This document shows, one piece after another, positions 19,524-27,997 of a DNA stretch of 64,000 nt; positions within the stretch are counted from its first letter, which is position 1, and every line of letters starts with the position of its first letter. The position numbers and the translations under genes are program-made. The notes beneath the pieces were generated by a model that searched no databases, was not told the origin of the DNA, and saw nothing but the letters and a program-made list of their open reading frames with translations. Source of the DNA: Dehalococcoidia bacterium (GTDB taxonomy: Bacteria > Chloroflexota > Dehalococcoidia > Lucifugimonadales > UBA2985); assembly GCA_965263185.1 (NCBI GenBank), contig OZ253588.1, positions 448,895 to 512,894 of the forward strand, written 5' to 3'.

Positions 19524-20511
19524 GTGGGGGTCGCCCTTGGGTAACGCCATTACAGACGTGGCGGGCATCCGGGTGGGCCACTTCACCAACCTAGAAGCCG
19601 CCACAGGCTGCACCGTCATCCTCTGCCCGCAGGGGGCCGTTGCCGGAGTGGACGTGCGCGGCTCCGCGCCGGGGACAAGAGAAACGGACCTCCTGCGGCC
19701 CGGGACCCTGGTCCAGGAGATACACGGCCTGCTCCTCAGCGGCGGCAGCGCGTTCGGACTGGACGCAGCCTCCGGCGTCATGCGCTACCTTGAGGAGAGG
19801 GGCTTCGGATTCAAGATAGGCGCAGGAGTCGTGCCCATCGTTCCCGCGGCCATCATCTTCGACCTTGGCCTCGTGACCCACAAGGTGCGGCCCGGGGCTG
19901 AGGACGGCTACACAGCCTGCCTCAACGCCACGGATGGGCCGCCGGAGGAGGGAAGCGTGGGAGCCGGAACAGGAGCCACCGTCGGCAAGATGATGGGCAA
20001 GGCTCTCGCTACCAAGGGAGGCATAGGGACATCCAGCGTCCGCCTGGGCGACATCGTCGTTGGGGCGATAGCCGTGGTCAACGCGCTGGGCGACGTGGTG
20101 GACCCGGACACGGGTCGAGTACTCGCAGGCCCCAGGGACACGGAGAACCAGGGTTTCTTCCGGACCGTGGATGTCATCGCCAATCGCGGCCGCGAGCCAC
20201 AGGCTGAGGCCGCTCCCACCAACACCACCCTTGCCGTGATTGCCACCAACGCCTCTCTGAGCAAGGAGCAAGCCACCAAGCTGGCCCAGGTGGGCCACGA
20301 CGGCCTGGCCCTGGCCGTGCGGCCATGCCACACGATGGCGGATGGGGACGTGGTCTTTACCCTGGCAACCCGCGACAACCAAGAGCAGGTGGACATGAAC
20401 CGGCTGTGTTCGGCCGCCACTACGGCGGTATCCAGGGCCGTGATAAGGGCCATTGAGACCGCCACAGGCCTGGGAGGAGCGCCCTCGGCGCAGGAGGCCT
20501 TCCTGAAATGA
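19522..20511 (+). CDS. P1/S58 family peptidase (DmpA/BapA-like aminopeptidase)
   Basis: GNAITDVAGIRVGHFT...TGCTVIL...GVDVRGSAPGTRETDLL...GSAFGL...TNTTLAVIATNA. Start is TTG 19522 (GGGGGAGGG 6 nt upstream) or TTG 19537. Confidence 0.85.
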   Translation: MWGSPLGNAITDVAGIRVGHFTNLEAATGCTVILCPQGAVAGVDVRGSAPGTRETDLLRPGTLVQEIHGLLLSGGSAFGLDAASGVMRYLEERGFGFKIGAGVVPIVPAAIIFDLGLVTHKVRPGAEDGYTACLNATDGPPEEGSVGAGTGATVGKMMGKALATKGGIGTSSVRLGDIVVGAIAVVNALGDVVDPDTGRVLAGPRDTENQGFFRTVDVIANRGREPQAEAAPTNTTLAVIATNASLSKEQATKLAQVGHDGLALAVRPCHTMADGDVVFTLATRDNQEQVDMNRLCSAATTAVSRAVIRAIETATGLGGAPSAQEAFLK

Positions 20512-20702
20512 ACGCCGGACTCATAGCTCCTCGCCTAATGGCTTCGGGAATGACCGCCGCCGGACTCGGTATTGGGTTGATAGTCGCGGCCTTCGTGGGA
20601 GAGTACACCCCAGTTCTGATACTCTGGGGCGCGGCGCTGCTTGGCGCAGGCGCCGCCCTTGGCGTTGTATCCCACTTGATAAGGAACAGACGTAGTGGAT
20701 AG
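20508..20702 (+). CDS. Small two-TM membrane protein (hypothetical)
   Basis: ATGA overlap with the peptidase stop. Two hydrophobic helices (GLGIGLIVAAFVG, LILWGAALLGAGAALGVV). Confidence 0.45.
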   Translation: MNAGLIAPRLMASGMTAAGLGIGLIVAAFVGEYTPVLILWGAALLGAGAALGVVSHLIRNRRSG

Positions 20703-21597
20703 CAGATCTCTCAGGGTGGGCTTCATAGGCGCGGGCCGAGCCGCCAACGCTCTGGCCGCGGGGCTCCGGGACAGGGGCTATCGCGTGGCCTCGGTCGCCA
20801 GTCGCACTCCGGCGTCCGCAGAGGCACTGGCCGGGCGTATAGACGGGTGCGTCGCCCACGCAACCCCGCAGGGGGTGGCCGATAGCTGCAACCTGGTCTT
20901 CATCACCACCCCGGACGACGCCATAGAGGCCGTAGCCGGAAAGGTTGACTGGCCCGTAGGGATGGGCGTCGCCCACTGCTCCGGCGCAGAATCGGCCTCT
21001 ATTCTGGAGGCGGCTCGAGAGCGCGGGGCCATGACGGGCTCCTTCCATCCCATGCAGACCTTTACCGCGGCCACCCAGGGCGCCGACGCCTTCTCCGGAG
21101 TCCCCTTTGCCGTTGAGGGCCCTCCTCCCCTGCTGGACGTCCTGAAGGAGGCGGCCCGTGCGCTTGGCGGGTGGCCTGTGGAGGTCCCACCGGAGCACAG
21201 AGCGCTCTATCACCTCTCAGGCTTCCTGGCCTGTGGCTTGATTTCAGCGCAGATAGGGCAGGCTGCGGATCTGTGGAGGGTCATGGGACACACCAGGGAG
21301 GAGGGCCTGGAGGCGCTCATCCCCATCCTTCGCGGCACTGTGGACAGCCTGGAGGCCCAGGGCATACCCGGCGCCCTCACAGGCCCCATATCCAGGGGAG
21401 ACCTTGGAACGGTGCGGAAGCACCTGGATGCCCTGGACGCTCACGCCCCATCTCTGACCCCGCTCTACTGCGAAATCGCCCTTGGGGCGGTGAAGCTGGC
21501 GAAGGAGAAGGGTGGCGTTGACGATGCCAAGGAGCTGGAGCTCAATGCGCTCCTGGAAGAACGGCTGAGAGGAGCCAAAACGCTAGTTGTAGGCTAG
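20695..21597 (+). CDS. Rossmann + DUF2520 oxidoreductase, PanG-like putative ketopantoate reductase
   Basis: VGFIGAGRAANALA dinucleotide fold, then HPMQTF...PFAVEG...PEHRALYHLSGFLACG, typical of COG5495/DUF2520. Immediately upstream of panB-panC. Confidence 0.65.
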   Translation: MDSRSLRVGFIGAGRAANALAAGLRDRGYRVASVASRTPASAEALAGRIDGCVAHATPQGVADSCNLVFITTPDDAIEAVAGKVDWPVGMGVAHCSGAESASILEAARERGAMTGSFHPMQTFTAATQGADAFSGVPFAVEGPPPLLDVLKEAARALGGWPVEVPPEHRALYHLSGFLACGLISAQIGQAADLWRVMGHTREEGLEALIPILRGTVDSLEAQGIPGALTGPISRGDLGTVRKHLDALDAHAPSLTPLYCEIALGAVKLAKEKGGVDDAKELELNALLEERLRGAKTLVVG

Positions 21598-21635
21598 TTC
21601 ACGCGACCCTTCGGGGCGCGTAGGAGATGTGCGAT

Positions 21636-22475
21636 ATGCGTGTAACCATCAACGACGTCAGGGAGATGAAGGCCAGGGGGGAGAAGATCCCCATGATGAC
21701 GGCCTACGACTACACATCGGCGCGGATAGTGGATGATGCCGGGATACCCATCATCCTGGTAGGCGACACCCTTGGCCAGGTGGTGCTGGGGTACGATTCC
21801 ACCCTACCCGTCACCATGGACGAGATGATCCACCACACCAAGGCCGTGGCAAGGGGCGCCGGGCGCGCGCTCATAGTGGGGGACATGCCCTTCATGTCCT
21901 ACCAGACCGGCCCCACCGACGCGCTGCGCAACGCGGGCCGCTTCCTCCAGCAGGGCGGCGCGCAGACGGTGAAGCTGGAGGGAGGCGTCAACATGGCCCG
22001 CACGGTGGAGCGCATCGTCTCCTCCGGCATCCCGGTCATGGGGCACATCGGCCTTACGCCCCAGTCCGTGAACCAGCTGGGGGGCTACAAGGTGCAGGGC
22101 AAGTCGCTCAAGTCGGCTGTGCGGCTCATGGAGGACGCCAGGGCCCTTGAAGAGGCCGGCGCGTTTGCCTTGGTGCTGGAGTGCGTACCAGCATCCCTGG
22201 CGCGCCTGATCACCGAGCGGGTCTCCATACCCACCATCGGCATAGGCGCTGGCAGGAACTGCGACGGTCAGGTGCAGGTCTTTCACGATATGCTGGGCCT
22301 CTTCACCGATTTCGTCCCCAAGCACGCCAAGCGGTACGCGGACCTGGGACAGTCCATAACCGGCGCAGTCGCCGAGTACATAAGCGAGGTGAAGGACCAG
22401 AGCTTCCCCGCGCGGGAACACAGCTACCACATCAAGGAAGAAGTCCTCGCAGAGCTTCAAGACCAGGTTCGCTAG
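21636..22475 (+). CDS. panB: 3-methyl-2-oxobutanoate hydroxymethyltransferase
   Basis: MMTAYDYTSARIVDDAGIPIILVGDTLGQVVLGYDSTLPVTMDEMIHHT...VKLEGG...GHIGLTPQS. AGGAG lies 9 nt upstream of the ATG at 21636. Confidence 0.93.
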   Translation: MRVTINDVREMKARGEKIPMMTAYDYTSARIVDDAGIPIILVGDTLGQVVLGYDSTLPVTMDEMIHHTKAVARGAGRALIVGDMPFMSYQTGPTDALRNAGRFLQQGGAQTVKLEGGVNMARTVERIVSSGIPVMGHIGLTPQSVNQLGGYKVQGKSLKSAVRLMEDARALEEAGAFALVLECVPASLARLITERVSIPTIGIGAGRNCDGQVQVFHDMLGLFTDFVPKHAKRYADLGQSITGAVAEYISEVKDQSFPAREHSYHIKEEVLAELQDQVR

Positions 22476-22478
22476 TCC

Positions 22479-23324
22479 ATGAGGCTCGTCCACACCATTG
22501 CAGAGATGGCATCGGCCCAAAAGGAGGTCGGGCGACCCCTTGGCCTGGTTCCCACAATGGGCGCTCTCCACGAAGGACACCTCTCCCTGGTGCGACAGGC
22601 CCGCCTGGAGTGCGCCACTCTGGTGGTGAGCATATTCGTCAATCCAACCCAGTTCGGCTCCCGCGAAGACCTCGCCACATACCCGCGGGACCAGGAGCGA
22701 GACCTGGCCCTGCTGGAGGAACTGGAGACCGACCTGGCGCTCGTCCCGCAGTACGAGGACATGTATCCCGCGGGATTCGATACCTGGGTAAACGTAGATC
22801 GGACCTCCGCCCGGCTGGAGGGTGAATCCAGGCCGGGCCACTTCAGAGGCGTCTCCACGGTGGTGAGCAAGCTCTTCAACATCGTCAGGCCGGACAGGGC
22901 CTACTTCGGCCAGAAAGACGCGCAGCAGGTCCAGGTCATACGCAGGATGAACGAAGACCTCAACCTGGGCGTGGAGTTGGTGGTCCTCCCCACCGTGCGG
23001 GAAGACGACGGCCTGGCTATGAGCAGCCGCAACGTCCGCCTCAACCCACAGGAGCGCCTTGCGGCCTTGGCGCTGTACAACTCCCTCAGAATGGCGCAGG
23101 ACATGCACGGCGACGGCGTGCGGCAAGCTACGGCCATAAGAGAAGCCATGCAGCGCATTATCCAGGCCGAGCCCCTGGCTCGCCTGGACTACGTCAGCAT
23201 CGCCAACCCGGACACCCTAGACGAGATGGACGTTATCGAGGGGCCAGCTCTGGCATCCTTGGCCGCGCTCATAGGAAACACGCGCCTCATAGACAACGTT
23301 GTGCTGGAAAGCCCGCGCCTGTGA
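22479..23324 (+). CDS. panC: Pantoate--beta-alanine ligase
   Basis: GLVPTMGALHEGHLSLV...VSIFVNPTQFG...RPGHFRGVSTVVSKLFNIV...AYFGQKDAQQ. Confidence 0.95.
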   Translation: MRLVHTIAEMASAQKEVGRPLGLVPTMGALHEGHLSLVRQARLECATLVVSIFVNPTQFGSREDLATYPRDQERDLALLEELETDLALVPQYEDMYPAGFDTWVNVDRTSARLEGESRPGHFRGVSTVVSKLFNIVRPDRAYFGQKDAQQVQVIRRMNEDLNLGVELVVLPTVREDDGLAMSSRNVRLNPQERLAALALYNSLRMAQDMHGDGVRQATAIREAMQRIIQAEPLARLDYVSIANPDTLDEMDVIEGPALASLAALIGNTRLIDNVVLESPRL

Positions 23325-23499
23325 ACCGGACAGCGCCAAATACCCCCGTGGCGCTGTATACTACTGATGCCGTAGGGCGATACGCCGCCAACCTCAACCG
23401 TCCCGGCAGGAAGAGCAATGAGACAACTGCCCGCGCAGCGAGTCTACCCATGAGCCTTTTGCGTAATTCCATACCGGGTACATCCAAGGACATCCGCTT

Positions 23500-24276
23500 T
23501 TGAAGATTCTGGCAGTCAACGACGACGGTATTCACTCCCCCGGTCTGTGGGCTGCCGTAGAAGCCCTCCGGAGCGTGGCGGAGGTGGTGGTGGTTGCGCC
23601 TGACAGGGAGCAGAGCGGAGTGGGCGCCGCCATAACTCTGAGCCAGCCCATCCGGGTCAGGGAAATAGCGCCGCCGGTGGAGGGAATCCCCACCTACGCC
23701 GTAGAGGGGACTCCCGCAGACAGCGCCATAGTCGCCCTGGAATCCCTCATAGAGAAGCCCGTAGACCTGGTAATCTCCGGTATCAACACCGGGGCCAACA
23801 TGGGGAATGACGTCTTCATCTCCGGCACACTGGGCGCAGCCCTCCAGGGATACTTCCGCAACATACCCGCCGTAGCCATCTCCGTAGCCGCATTGAGAGA
23901 CGTGCATTTCGAGGCCGCGGCCAAGGCGGCAAGGCTCATCGCCCAGGCGGTTGCTGAAGGCAGGCTCACGTCGCCCCTGCTCCTCAACGTCAATCTCCCC
24001 AACGTCCCTCTGGAGAAGATAAAGGGAGTGTCTCTAACCCGCCTGGGAAGGCGCACGTACATGGACGTGGTCAAAGAGGGCGATGACGGAAGACGCAAAT
24101 ACTACTGGATAGCCCGGGACAGGCCGGAGTGGGTGTTGGAGAAGGGGTTGGACGTCTGGGCAGTCCGCCGCCGCCGTATATCCGTAACGCCTTTGCACAC
24201 AGACCTCACCTCCAGCGCTCCGCCCAAGGAGGCCAGGGCGCTCGCCAGGGAGGTCCGCCGCGGATTCCGGCCATAG
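23500..24276 (+). CDS. surE: 5'/3'-nucleotidase SurE
   Basis: MKILAVNDDGIHSPGLWA...SGINTGANMG...YSGTLGAA-like...ISVTPLHTDLT. TTG start. The last 10 codons lie inside the 24245-24397 repeat. Confidence 0.9.
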   Translation: MKILAVNDDGIHSPGLWAAVEALRSVAEVVVVAPDREQSGVGAAITLSQPIRVREIAPPVEGIPTYAVEGTPADSAIVALESLIEKPVDLVISGINTGANMGNDVFISGTLGAALQGYFRNIPAVAISVAALRDVHFEAAAKAARLIAQAVAEGRLTSPLLLNVNLPNVPLEKIKGVSLTRLGRRTYMDVVKEGDDGRRKYYWIARDRPEWVLEKGLDVWAVRRRRISVTPLHTDLTSSAPPKEARALAREVRRGFRP

Positions 24277-24397
24277 CGTCCTCGGCCCACGTCCACGTGC
24301 CCGGATGCTCCGCGCCCCTGCCTCCCTGCTCATGTGGTTCGACAAGCTCACCACGAACGGGCATGGGAATCCCGCGAACGGGCCCCTCTTTCCGCTC
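24245..24397 (+). repeat. ~155-bp direct repeat, left copy (REP-family composite) flanking the FRG-TPR gene
   Basis: ccagggaggtccgccgcggattccggccatagcgtcc...gatgctccgcgcccctgcctccctgctcatgtggttcgacaagctcaccacgaacgggcatgggaatcccgcgaacgggcccctctttccgctc. About 85-90% identical, by eye, to 25763-25921. Confidence 0.85.
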
Positions 24398-24509
24398 ACC
24401 CTGAGCCTGTCGAAGGGCGCGAGCGGGTAAACCGACTCCCAGTTGAGTGTCCCAAACGCGTGGTAAGCTGGTGTATGATCACAGGAGACTTCCGGCGTAA
24501 GGACCCACC

Positions 24510-25730
24510 ATGACGGAGCAGAGCCACAGCCGACTCTCTGAGGTACTGCAAAAGGTCACCGAGCTGGCCCAGAAGGCGGTCGGCGGCGACTACCTGTACC
24601 GTGGAGAGCCTAAGCGCTACCGCAAGGTCTCGTCCAGCCTTTACCGCAAGTATCAAGAAATCAAGGCCGAGGAATTTGACATAGCGGTTGTTCAAGATGA
24701 AATGCTGCAAGAGGCCAAAAGGTTCATCGGTGAGACCGATGAAGACGCTATCCTGGAGCAGCTCCAGCACTTCGGCTATCCCACCAACCAGATCGACTTC
24801 ACTACGGACTACAACATTGCGCTCTTCTTTGCCTGTTACAGCGAACTGGAAAGGGAAGGACGGGTAATTCTCCTAGACAAAGCCGGCCGCGACGACCTGA
24901 AGCAGCCAAAAGCCCCGGAGAACCGCGTCGTTGCCCAGAAGAGCGTGTTCGTGCGGCCGCCTCAGGGCTTTGTGAAACCGAGCGATATCGTAGTCATACC
25001 CAAGGTATTGAAGCGTCCTATATTGCAATACCTGGACAAGAGCCACAGCGTGAACGCCGCAGCTCTCTTCAATGATATACACGGATTCATCAGATACCAT
25101 AGAGTTCACGAAAGCGCGTATGCGGAGTTTTATGCCGGGCTGACGCACCATAGCAAAGAGGAATACGACAAAGCTATTGAAAGCTTTACCAATGCCATTG
25201 GGCTCAACCCACAATCACCCAATGCCCATTCTAATCGCGGCGTTTCTTACAGTAACAAGATTGATTACGACCGTGCTATCCAGGACTACGATAGGGCCAT
25301 TGAGCTAAACCCCGGCTACTACGCCGCCTATAGCAACCGCGGCAGCGCTTACGGTAGCAAGGGGGATCACGACCGCGCGATCCAAGACTTCAATAGGGCC
25401 ATTGAGCTAAATCCTGGCTACGCCGATGCCTATAATAATCGCGGCAGCGCTTACTGGCTCAAGGGTGATTACCATCGCTCTATTCAAGACTACGACAGAG
25501 CAATTGCGCTGGGCACTGACAATGCCATTGCTTACTACAATCGCGGGGTGATTCAGCTATGCCTGGAAGAATGGGAAAAGGCCGAGTCAGACTTATCCCA
25601 GGCACAGAGCCTTGGGCGTGACATCGCGGCTACATTTCGTGACGAATTTGGGAGTGTTGGGGATTTTGAGCAGAAGCACAACATCCAATTGCCCGCAAAC
25701 ATCGCGGCTATGCTTACGCCCCAGCAGTGA
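24510..25730 (+). CDS. FRG-domain + TPR-repeat protein (accessory, function unknown)
   Basis: N-terminal YLYRGEP...LQHFGYPTNQIDFTTDYNIALFFAC matches the FRG-domain signature. The C-terminal half has at least 5 TPR units (AIxDYDRAIELNPGYxxAYxNRGxAY). AT-richer than the flanks. Confidence 0.8.
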   Translation: MTEQSHSRLSEVLQKVTELAQKAVGGDYLYRGEPKRYRKVSSSLYRKYQEIKAEEFDIAVVQDEMLQEAKRFIGETDEDAILEQLQHFGYPTNQIDFTTDYNIALFFACYSELEREGRVILLDKAGRDDLKQPKAPENRVVAQKSVFVRPPQGFVKPSDIVVIPKVLKRPILQYLDKSHSVNAAALFNDIHGFIRYHRVHESAYAEFYAGLTHHSKEEYDKAIESFTNAIGLNPQSPNAHSNRGVSYSNKIDYDRAIQDYDRAIELNPGYYAAYSNRGSAYGSKGDHDRAIQDFNRAIELNPGYADAYNNRGSAYWLKGDYHRSIQDYDRAIALGTDNAIAYYNRGVIQLCLEEWEKAESDLSQAQSLGRDIAATFRDEFGSVGDFEQKHNIQLPANIAAMLTPQQ

Positions 25731-25762
25731 CAGCTATGGATCAGGTTGCCTTCACGCCCTGC

Positions 25763-25921
25763 CCAGGGAGGTTCGTCGCGGATTCCGGCCATAGCGTCCC
25801 CAGCCTCCCTCCCCTGCCCCGATGCCCCGATGCTCCGCGCCCCTGCGTCCCGCTCAGATGGTTCGACAAGCTCACCACGAACGGGCAAGGGAACCCCGCG
25901 AGCGGGCCCCTCTTTCCGCTC
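25763..25921 (+). repeat. ~155-bp direct repeat, right copy
   Basis: Aligns with 24245-24397. Even the pseudo-C-terminus ...REVRRGFRP* is reproduced (ORF 25612-25794). Confidence 0.85.
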
Positions 25922-26165
25922 GCTCCCGTATCAAGTACGGGGCAGGGTATGATCAGTAACAGATGTCCCGCTCACCGTCATTCCTGCCCCCGAGCAGGAA
26001 TCCAGAAGGGCGCGGGCGGGGGATGGATGCCCGCGTGCGCGGGCACGACGACGTTGGGACGCTCGCGTCCCACTCATGTGGCTCGACAAGCTCAACACGA
26101 GCAGGCAGAGCGGCTCCGAAATGCCGTAAGGCTTGTATACGTAGCGCTATTCCCATAAAATAGGG
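25922..26165. repeat. REP-like cluster (further FDKL/SLSNH-family units)
   Basis: cgtatcaagtacggggcagggt and ctcatgtggctcgacaagctcaacacgagcagg motifs, shared with 1.45, 31.26 and 50.2 kb. Confidence 0.7.
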
Positions 26166-26199
26166 GCGCTCAATCACAGAATAGCGACTTGGAGGAAGA

Positions 26200-27027
26200 A
26201 TGCCCATACTCCGAATAGGCCACACCCCGGACGCCGACGATGCCTTCATGTACTACGCAATCGCTCATGGGAAGGTGCCCGTAGGCGAGTACCAGGTACA
26301 GCACGTGCTGGAGGACATCCAGACCCTCAACCAGCGCGCGCTTGAGGGTGAGCTGGAGGGCACCGCCATCTCCGCCGGGGCCTACCCCCAGGTGGCCGAC
26401 AAGTACCGCATCATGCGGGTTGGTTCCTCCATTGGCCGCAACTACGGGCCTATGGTGGTGGCGCTAGCCGAGCGGGCCGGCCTCCGGCTGGAGGGAGCGC
26501 GCATCGCCATTCCCGGAGAGTACACCACCGCGTTCCTGCTGCTGAGGCTGTACGCCGAGGGCTTCGAGGCCCTTCCAATGGCTTTCGACAGTATAGTCGG
26601 CGCCGTTCAGAGAGGAGAGGTGGACGCTGGGCTCCTCATCCATGAGGGACAGGTCACTTACGAGAGCCTGGGGCTGGCGAAGATCCTAGACCTGGGAGAG
26701 GCCTGGGGGCAGGATACCGGACTGCCCATTCCCCTTGGGCTGGACATGGTGCGCCGTGACTTGGGGGAGAGTGTGGAGTCGCTCATGGTAGAGTCGTTGA
26801 AAGACAGCATCCTCTACGCCTTTGAGCACGAGGACGAAGCCCTGGACTACGCAATGCAGTTCAGCCGCGGCACCGACCGGGAGACGTGCCGCCGCTTTAT
26901 TCGCATGTACGTAAACGAGGATACCCTTGACATGGGCGATGAGGGGCAGAAGGCGCTGGAAACCCTGTTCGGCAAGGCGCTGGACAGGGCCATCATAGAC
27001 GCCATGCCCCCCATAGACCTGATCTAA
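26200..27027 (+). CDS. MqnA/MqnD-family menaquinone (futalosine pathway) biosynthesis protein
   Basis: LRIGHTPDADDAFMYYAIAHGKV...LEDIQTLNQRALEGELEGTAIS...IAIPGEYTTAFLLLRLY...GLLIHEGQVTY parallels 1,4-dihydroxy-6-naphthoate synthase (MqnD)-like periplasmic-binding-fold proteins. Confidence 0.65.
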   Translation: MPILRIGHTPDADDAFMYYAIAHGKVPVGEYQVQHVLEDIQTLNQRALEGELEGTAISAGAYPQVADKYRIMRVGSSIGRNYGPMVVALAERAGLRLEGARIAIPGEYTTAFLLLRLYAEGFEALPMAFDSIVGAVQRGEVDAGLLIHEGQVTYESLGLAKILDLGEAWGQDTGLPIPLGLDMVRRDLGESVESLMVESLKDSILYAFEHEDEALDYAMQFSRGTDRETCRRFIRMYVNEDTLDMGDEGQKALETLFGKALDRAIIDAMPPIDLI

Positions 27028-27216
27028 GCGCCGCGGCCCCGTTCCTGCGGCGAGCGGCTTCCGCCTGCCGGTCTGCTCACTGCCGCGTCCCGGAAGGCGA
27101 CGGCCACACGGCGTTGGGCGCACAATGCCGGCTTCTCGTACGCCCGGAATGCTCCGCAAGGGGCAATTGGCCTGTATAATGAGGACGTACGGCCCCCCTC
27201 GCGGCCGCTCTAAGCT

Positions 27217-27933
27217 ATGCTATTACGCTCGTTAGACCTTCTGCTTGAGAGTCCGGGGACGTTTGTCATCGTGTTCTCTACCTTTCTCGCCACCGTTGGG
27301 ACGGCCCTGTTGGTGGCCATCACGATTCACGAATTCAGCCATGCCGCCCTGGCGTACATCCTTGGAGACCCCACGTCCAAGCGACTGGGACGGCTCTCCC
27401 TGAACCCCATACGCCATCTGGACCCCGTGGGCACGATCATGATGCTGCTGGTGGGCTTTGGCTGGGGCAAGCCCGTGCCAGTCAACCCCAACAACCTGCG
27501 AAACGGAGGAAGAACCGGCATGTCGATGGTATCGGCGGCCGGCCCCCTGTCCAACCTGGCAACCGCAGCCCTCTGCGCCGCGCCCATAAGAATGGGGCTT
27601 GTGCCCTGGCGCTCGCCCTTCTTCTTCAGTGGGCTCCAGGGCCAGGGACTCAGCGGCCTCTTCGCCGACCTCCTGGGGTTCGTGATATTCTTCAACATCA
27701 TTCTGGCCATATTCAACCTGCTGCCGTTCTCTCCCCTGGACGGCTCCAAGGTGCTAATTGGCATCCTCCCTCCCGGCCCGGCCGGCGCTCTTATCCGCCT
27801 GGAGGCCGCGGGCCCTGTCGTCCTGCTGGGGATAATCATGGTAGACTGGGTAACGGACCTGAATTTGCTCTGGGGGGTTCTGGAGCCCATAGTGAATGTG
27901 GTAGGCTCTATTGTAGTGGGGCATGCCTTCTAG
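27217..27933 (+). CDS. Site-2 protease (M50) family membrane metalloprotease
   Basis: HEFSHA (HExxH) within a TM helix, later FNLLPFSPLDG. Multiple TM segments. Confidence 0.85.
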   Translation: MLLRSLDLLLESPGTFVIVFSTFLATVGTALLVAITIHEFSHAALAYILGDPTSKRLGRLSLNPIRHLDPVGTIMMLLVGFGWGKPVPVNPNNLRNGGRTGMSMVSAAGPLSNLATAALCAAPIRMGLVPWRSPFFFSGLQGQGLSGLFADLLGFVIFFNIILAIFNLLPFSPLDGSKVLIGILPPGPAGALIRLEAAGPVVLLGIIMVDWVTDLNLLWGVLEPIVNVVGSIVVGHAF

Positions 27934-27997
27934 GATGCGCAGCCGGCTCGCCGGGATGCGCGGCGACTCTACGTAGCACAGGCGCAAGGAGGCCATA

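Noticed and set aside
21804-23126. 440-aa minus-strand ORF
   Set aside because: It is antisense to panB and panC. The composition is not protein-like (H/G/R/V-rich).
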